From: a virus
Lineage: Duplodnaviria > Caudoviricetes
Virus record (IMG/VR): IMGVR_UViG_3300020365_000100
Span: 1-28,235 of that record
Length of the DNA stretch: 28,235 nucleotides
Direction: 5' to 3' (one strand)
Positions 25,701 to 28,235 of this stretch are shown here, in pieces. Both the position numbers and the translations under genes were made by a program. The notes under the pieces were generated by a model that worked only from the letters and a program-made list of their open reading frames with translations, did no database searches and was not told the origin of the DNA. Position 1 is the stretch's first letter. Each line of letters starts with the position of its first letter.

Positions 25701-28235
25701 ATTCAAAATTTAGATATTGCTTAGTTCTATAGAAAAATTCCTTATCATCGGATTGTCCAACTTGCGATAATTGGAAACTGTTATCATCAACTACAGTCAC
25801 ATAATATTCAGTGTTTGTTGATATACCTGAAATGGGAGTTTCATTATTATAATACTTTATGATCTCTCCAGACTGATATGTGTGATTATCAATATTGATG
25901 TAATTAGTAGATGTATTAATTCCCGAAGAGAAACAAGTTCTCTTCTTGTTTTCATAACCAATACCAGGAGAAACTATACTAACAGAATCTAAAACTCTCT
26001 TCTTATTGACAGCTTCGAGTTCGTGATTACCAACTCCATTCGATGTTAAAGTGACAGTATTGATGCCAGATAATGCTTCACCTAGAGTATTATACAATTT
26101 AACTGTGTTTGAGTCTTCTACCCCTACATGATACTTTGCACCTGTAGAAAGACCTCCTACTGCAGTCTGAGCGTTCGTTTGATATATTACTTGCTCTCCA
26201 TTCTTAAATTTATGATATGTAGAAAATCCAATTGTAGATAAAGATGCGCCTATTGAAACTAAGTTAGCAGCAATTTCTGAATTGAAAGAACTTAGATGCG
26301 TTGTTAACTTAGTATGAGATTGAGCCTTTGCACCAACACCATTTCCTCCAGTAATTACAATTTCTGGATCTTCTTGATAATCAAATCCGCCATCAATAAT
26401 ATCAATCCTTTCTAAGGTTCCAATCACAGAAGCATGTGCAGTAGCACCAATTCCAGATCTATCAGAAATAGTTACTTCTGGTACATTAATAATGTCATAG
26501 TTATTTCCAGGAGAAGATAATGTAATCTCATCAATTTGACCATAGTACAAAACATCAGGAGACTTATAATTTAAAATTTCTACACCATTGACAAGCATTC
26601 CAGTTTTACCAGGAGTTGTCTCATAAAGTTTTCCAGTAATTTCTGGTGTTTTAAATTCTCTTAGCAATTGTTGCGATTTTACAGTTTTGCCATACACTTT
26701 GTATGGACATATTGTATTATCTGTTACGACTCTTACAGTATCAAGTGTAATGAATCTAGAGTTATCAATATCAGATCTACTTCTGGATAACTTAATATTA
26801 TTAGAGTCAACTCTCTTTACAAAATATAATCCTTCATCTAATCCTAAAGTTGTGCCATTATCAATGTAACTAGTAGTAATGCCAGTAAAAACGTTGGTAT
26901 TAGTTATGGTTATTTTTTGTGGTGCATAATAAATCTCATCACCTGTATATAATCCATGATCAGTGATTGTTGTAATCTGAAAAGTATCGCCAACAAATGA
27001 TCCAGAGAAAACAATTGAACCATCTTTAGCCTCTAGAGGAGATGTATCAAAGAAAGGTAACGAAGGCGCAGAAATTAAGGCCTTGTCACCATGAACATAT
27101 GTATTTTGAACATTTGCATTATAAATGTTTGCACTTACAAAATTAGAGGAATTGGTTTTTGATAGTCTTCTCTGTGCTGTGTAAATTTTAGTACTAGAAA
27201 CAGTTATTGTTGATGTTAACTTAACAACTACCTTTTTACTGGATCTTACATCAGAAATAGTTCCAGAAATGGCTGTACCACTCTCATCTGTAATTTCAAT
27301 AGTGTCATCTACGTAAAAAATATGATCCTTATCAAATTCTAGTTCATATAATCTATTTGAAGCACTTATAGTAGATACTTGATCAACTTTATATGTTGTT
27401 GATACGTTAAGAATCCAATTTTTAAATTTTATATCTTTACTTTCCTCACCTAAAGATTTTACATTTATATGATCACCCTTACTATAAAAATATGAATCTG
27501 GATCTAATTTTATAGAGTTAATTACAGATGAAATCCTGACAGAAACTTCTGTTCCAAATCCAGTAGTTGCAGAAGCATATGTGTTTACGCCAACATATGA
27601 AGCATCGACAATACTATTAGTAACATTAGTACAATCTATGAATTGTTCATTTGTCTTAGATGTATATGAAACAATTCCTGTTGAATTTGAATAGTTTACA
27701 TATAATTCACCACTTTCAGGAAAACCAACAGTTGAATCTACATCAATTGTAGTTGCTCCTGTTGATACTGATCCAATAACCTTAGATTTTGCATGAACTG
27801 CAAAATCGCCATATACTGCGCCATTATAAGTAATATCTCTATTGTAACCACCATCAATTTTTAATCGATAATAGTCTGAATTATCATTTGTTGATATCTT
27901 CTCTACAGAAGCTACAGGACCATATGCAGGGTTGATATTTTCATATTCTTTTTGAAATAATGTGAGATTTACAAGATCAAAAGGATTTCCTTCAACACTC
28001 TCTACGATAAAATCATTGGTAACTCTAAATCTTGCATCTGATGCTCTCATCAAATGCTCTTTTGGTCTTACAATTTCAACATTTTCATTGTAAAGTGCCC
28101 TGAATAAAATTTCAAAGGATTCGTCGGTACCTTTGCTGCTATAAAAGTCCTTAAATTGTTTTATAAGAACATTTTGATTTACATCCGACGAAAGACTTCT
28201 ACTTTCAATTCCAGGAACTAACTGAATTTTAGTTT
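16723..28235 (-). CDS. gp7: Giant baseplate wedge initiator gp7-like protein (>3,830 aa, 5'-truncated by the window edge)
   Basis: The frame stays open beyond the track's TTG at 28053 to the window end (…LIKQFKDFYSSKGTDESFEILFRALYNENVEIVRP…, a baseplate wedge motif). It also has YYQNFSYSLKS...HTAGFKKFSDL, lies directly upstream of gp8, and contains many beta-rich repeats. Confidence 0.85.
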   Translation of the reverse strand, partial: TKIQLVPGIESRSLSSDVNQNVLIKQFKDFYSSKGTDESFEILFRALYNENVEIVRPKEHLMRASDARFRVTNDFIVESVEGNPFDLVNLTLFQKEYENINPAYGPVASVEKISTNDNSDYYRLKIDGGYNRDITYNGAVYGDFAVHAKSKVIGSVSTGATTIDVDSTVGFPESGELYVNYSNSTGIVSYTSKTNEQFIDCTNVTNSIVDASYVGVNTYASATTGFGTEVSVRISSVINSIKLDPDSYFYSKGDHINVKSLGEESKDIKFKNWILNVSTTYKVDQVSTISASNRLYELEFDKDHIFYVDDTIEITDESGTAISGTISDVRSSKKVVVKLTSTITVSSTKIYTAQRRLSKTNSSNFVSANIYNANVQNTYVHGDKALISAPSLPFFDTSPLEAKDGSIVFSGSFVGDTFQITTITDHGLYTGDEIYYAPQKITITNTNVFTGITTSYIDNGTTLGLDEGLYFVKRVDSNNIKLSRSRSDIDNSRFITLDTVRVVTDNTICPYKVYGKTVKSQQLLREFKTPEITGKLYETTPGKTGMLVNGVEILNYKSPDVLYYGQIDEITLSSPGNNYDIINVPEVTISDRSGIGATAHASVIGTLERIDIIDGGFDYQEDPEIVITGGNGVGAKAQSHTKLTTHLSSFNSEIAANLVSIGASLSTIGFSTYHKFKNGEQVIYQTNAQTAVGGLSTGAKYHVGVEDSNTVKLYNTLGEALSGINTVTLTSNGVGNHELEAVNKKRVLDSVSIVSPGIGYENKKRTCFSSGINTSTNYINIDNHTYQSGEIIKYYNNETPISGISTNTEYYVTVVDDNSFQLSQVGQSDDKEFFYRTKQYLNFESQGDGLHSFNYPDISVRVLGNIGISSIGLEEFRAEIRPIFRGSIQSIHLSAKGSNFGSDQTLNYNRKPNITLSQGSNALLNPIVSNGQVVEVLVNNAGSGYYSTPDLILEGDGFGAALTPIIENGQITSVKVVSGGTGYNQSTTTLTVSNAGTGFIGDAQIQNWNVDRVKKHFDVISSDDGFIVDSKDGLQFTHLYAPRKLRERVYPINQDGDFLHSKKDLEKTGNVENLSTDHSPIIGWAYDGNPIYGPYAYSNRDGGSITLMKSGYKIDLKDNRPSLTYFQEGFFIEDYTHFDLDDDSVLDENNGRFCITPDFPNGTYAYFATVNSISADSRGTFANYRRPEFPYLIGNSFRSKPNDFNFKSSSTQNEYNLNETEWMRNVEYYNTGDGQFYYDYFDLPNDLDQTFTIKNTNPGNIDDVKVSIGGNNYRVNDRLVFDNRDINGNTIGNGAAAKVSRLFGSDVSSISVASTNFSDIEFYPGNGKNDYIAYFNSPHNLRNKDNIVVSGLSTASSKIEGSRVAGISSNALFLVGVGSSTVGLDIVANTGIATFITVAGNLTFNSIRENDIIQISDEKLKVLNVDQKNSRLRVLREIDGTAGVAHTISETIYENPRKLTFSVGFRSDYDYKVNRELYFNPVESVGLGTTAGLGIGVTLSISNPGTGVSEIFVPTKTLFLPSHGFITGEALTYSPNGGSVLEVSPDGISTSVTLSDQSILYVAKVSDDLIGLSTVRVGLDTAGGFVGISTTTSSIGTLFFTGLGTNTYHSFSTRYTPVTGKISRNIVTVSTSQTHGLSNNDYVKVDVNSGISTTHSIEYNDYNRVLISDTRSFAGVNTTSNTIQIDNHRFKTGQKVLHTATTSAGGLVDEKTYYVVSFDKNNIQLTETLFAAQSQNPQVVDLTSTSSGNISLVNPNIVVYKDSTLNFDLTDSSLGYQFSFTDYPAFDFNLYTDPEFTDLFETTKIERNFDVQKTGTIGVSTNAQISVRISDDLPEKLYYRLEPVFDSNIPPTKQEVVVDRSFIGYGQIDIVESEYNGEHQIIIDGTQSFTYTLSEEPERSSYSSGISSLSYTTDSLSASGPIFDIKVTNKGFGYTDLPGITTITSSTGSEAVVEVEGKTIGRPKNVTVNDIGYNFPSDYTLRPSTLLPQIIKASPLSSFDFIGISSFGKGYTISPKLLVFDGKTNELIPEADIRYEAGDSQVSIVRNTYGINDVTPKILPVENPNGVAISNIDYNSATDQVTVTLAVGFSTADSFPIKVNDKVMIENISAGISTTAKGYNSSEYNYSLFTIVAVDENLGGLGATVAYNMGNLLTGSEFPGTFDAANSTGRIIPEKDFPIFNIQLKTNNFIEGEVVSSNTVPSGIVDDWDPKNLYLKVLSKDTFKKDEVITGVTSKTQAIASNVTQFSSSANLASSARTENGWQSNVGFLNSDIERIQDGIYYQNFSYSLKSRVDYDSWDDVVSSMNHTAGFKKFSDLQIESDSSTRMSVGLSTALTNVQVVVDVTGVVDLNCVYDFDLVRENSLVVSSRLVSDEIIFENRILNDYLESVGNRVLDIDDFSGTFNSNPRPTRYAEVYRYDKTNIRAQKLFTYVADKRYFNERQLMLVTIVNDKSQAYLNQYGKVSTSYDIGTFDLTMSGTDAIVNFYPTKFLVNDFNVSVLAYNLYDSILSIGSTVIGESLVSTSSTVVGSGTTTNIVSLGSTYTTNKVLVEITKDDGEYQFDEINIISNGTDVEMVDYGQLTTDPSMYSVTGFGTYYSYIDGSNIKLDFVPAVGVACTINSMQVSIANTETSGVGTVTMDRVILETKTTSISASGSPSATVVGSYSDTYDTAYFIAQVADETNNEYQMSEILVVDDGTDAYITEFGNVETSSNLGTFDANRVGTDVQLTFTPNPSIDVQVKVYMNAQYHVDSDINIMDFNNGTIETGEGVYTGTEFDIKRKFALNHNNFPIFERYFDGSSSLVNTTTNSVTIPNHYFVTGEKLNYHYAGAGSTQAIQIASTTVPGIGVTDKLPNELYAVKINENTLELASTAENALKATPVTFDITSVGIGTSHRFVANNQNAKVIVTIDNLLQSPIVSTALTTVLASPVTALDNLITFSGITSFFGGDLIRVDNEIMKIEGVGIGTTNAIRVRRPWLGTNIEAHSIGSTVVKIEGNYNIVDNEINFAAAPFGNIPIGSVTNPPDERDWTGISTSSSFHGRSFMRSGIPNTTEETYHKNYIFDDVSEQFNGTNRDFTLKASGSDVTGIKTENAIILINDIFQGPGVSNDYTLEESTGITTVSFTGTATSAPYDANSTNLPLGGVIISVGSFEGFGYQPLVAAGGTATVSSAGTISAISIGNSGSGYRSGIQTTVNVSVATSSTDTPNVEIIGTASVTDGHVVSIAITNPGTGYTTSNPPYVIIDDPLSYSDIPLYYTSSSTGVGTEAKIDIVVGQGSSVIDFEIRNTGYAYGVGDILTVPTGGALGIPTSAGFNEFQITIQETFNDKFNGWTIGELQVLDNIEDLFDGETVVFALKSNEELVSINSGKGSNINVADALLVFVNDILQVPGEGYQFKGGSLITFTEAPKVGDTCKILFYRGTGSVDVSETDILETVKVGDDLTIGYDSYIGQPATFQETARTVSEINSTDFVTTNPYYGPGNTADETLIRPVVWCRQTEDRIINGKEVAKDRIHYEPRINPFAYLIQPVGVGTTIVSVDNIRPFFNPINENNISLDFQNNVTFISQETQVSASATAVVSGLGTISSVVISDGGIGYVSAPTVTIQNPVGLGTTTRASATASITAGIVTSITMTGPGTGYTSVPLVLIETPTFTKESNSVTTYEGDSGIIIGVTTTSVGVTTGIILDLYIPEDSFFRDTTVVGLTTISGIQSGYYLSVYNSNVGDGVTSLDSTGAQVGVGTTCLDNIYEVISVSIGQTNAPGIGLTYVAKATVSVGDYNGLSGIGNSNYYGNYSWGRITLPERSKSKEYNAYLDSGSAGITTGTIVQRTNTLKYLNYT

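Noticed and set aside
1057-26869. Numerous short plus-strand and alternate-frame ORFs in the track (e.g. 1673-2008, 2898-3248, 4518-5006, 11084-11410, 23591-23824)
   Set aside because: They lie within or across long, motif-bearing minus-strand genes, and their Cys/Ser- or Leu/Gln-rich compositions are typical of shadow frames. No supporting RBS or promoter was seen.
28051-28053. Track start codon (TTG) for the 3,776-aa ORF
   Set aside because: The frame continues without a stop to the window edge and encodes the conserved KDFYSSKGT motif, so the true start is outside the window.
1-28235. tRNA, CRISPR array, DGR template/variable repeats, homing endonuclease, rho-independent terminators
   Set aside because: Intergenic gaps are all under about 45 nt with no convincing hairpins. 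No long nucleotide-level direct repeats, reverse transcriptase or nuclease motifs were noticed; the repeats seen are degenerate and protein-level only.

Overview
This is a 28.2-kb AT-rich segment of the late (virion morphogenesis) region of a large T4-like myovirus. Gene order and protein architecture indicate a marine cyanomyovirus (P-SSM2/S-SM2-like; an inference). All real genes lie on the minus strand. In transcription order they are: giant gp7-like baseplate wedge initiator (>3,830 aa, start outside the window), gp8 wedge, VrlC/DUF4815-type structural protein (2,486 aa), a 77-aa coiled-coil protein, an unannotated 59-aa NblA-like ORF, gp13, an expanded gp14 (850 aa), gp15, gp16 (terminase small), a 120-aa and a 492-aa putative internal head protein, and the 5' part of gp17 (terminase large). 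T4-type late promoter cores ([C/A/T]TAAATA) precede several genes. Four observations stand out. (1) The 492-aa protein reads as a polyprotein of Lys-rich, Cys-paired mini-domains separated by acidic linkers ending in prohead-protease-type [VILM]-x-E sites, and it sits next to a protein with a capsid-targeting-like leader. (2) A possible NblA (phycobilisome degradation) gene is hidden in the structural operon. (3) A G-[IVLF]-x-[ST] motif is pervasive in the exterior virion proteins and could be a glycosylation sequon. (4) A YHYH-like domain in gp7 is split by about 520 aa of inserted repeats. All family assignments come from recalled motifs; no searches were run.
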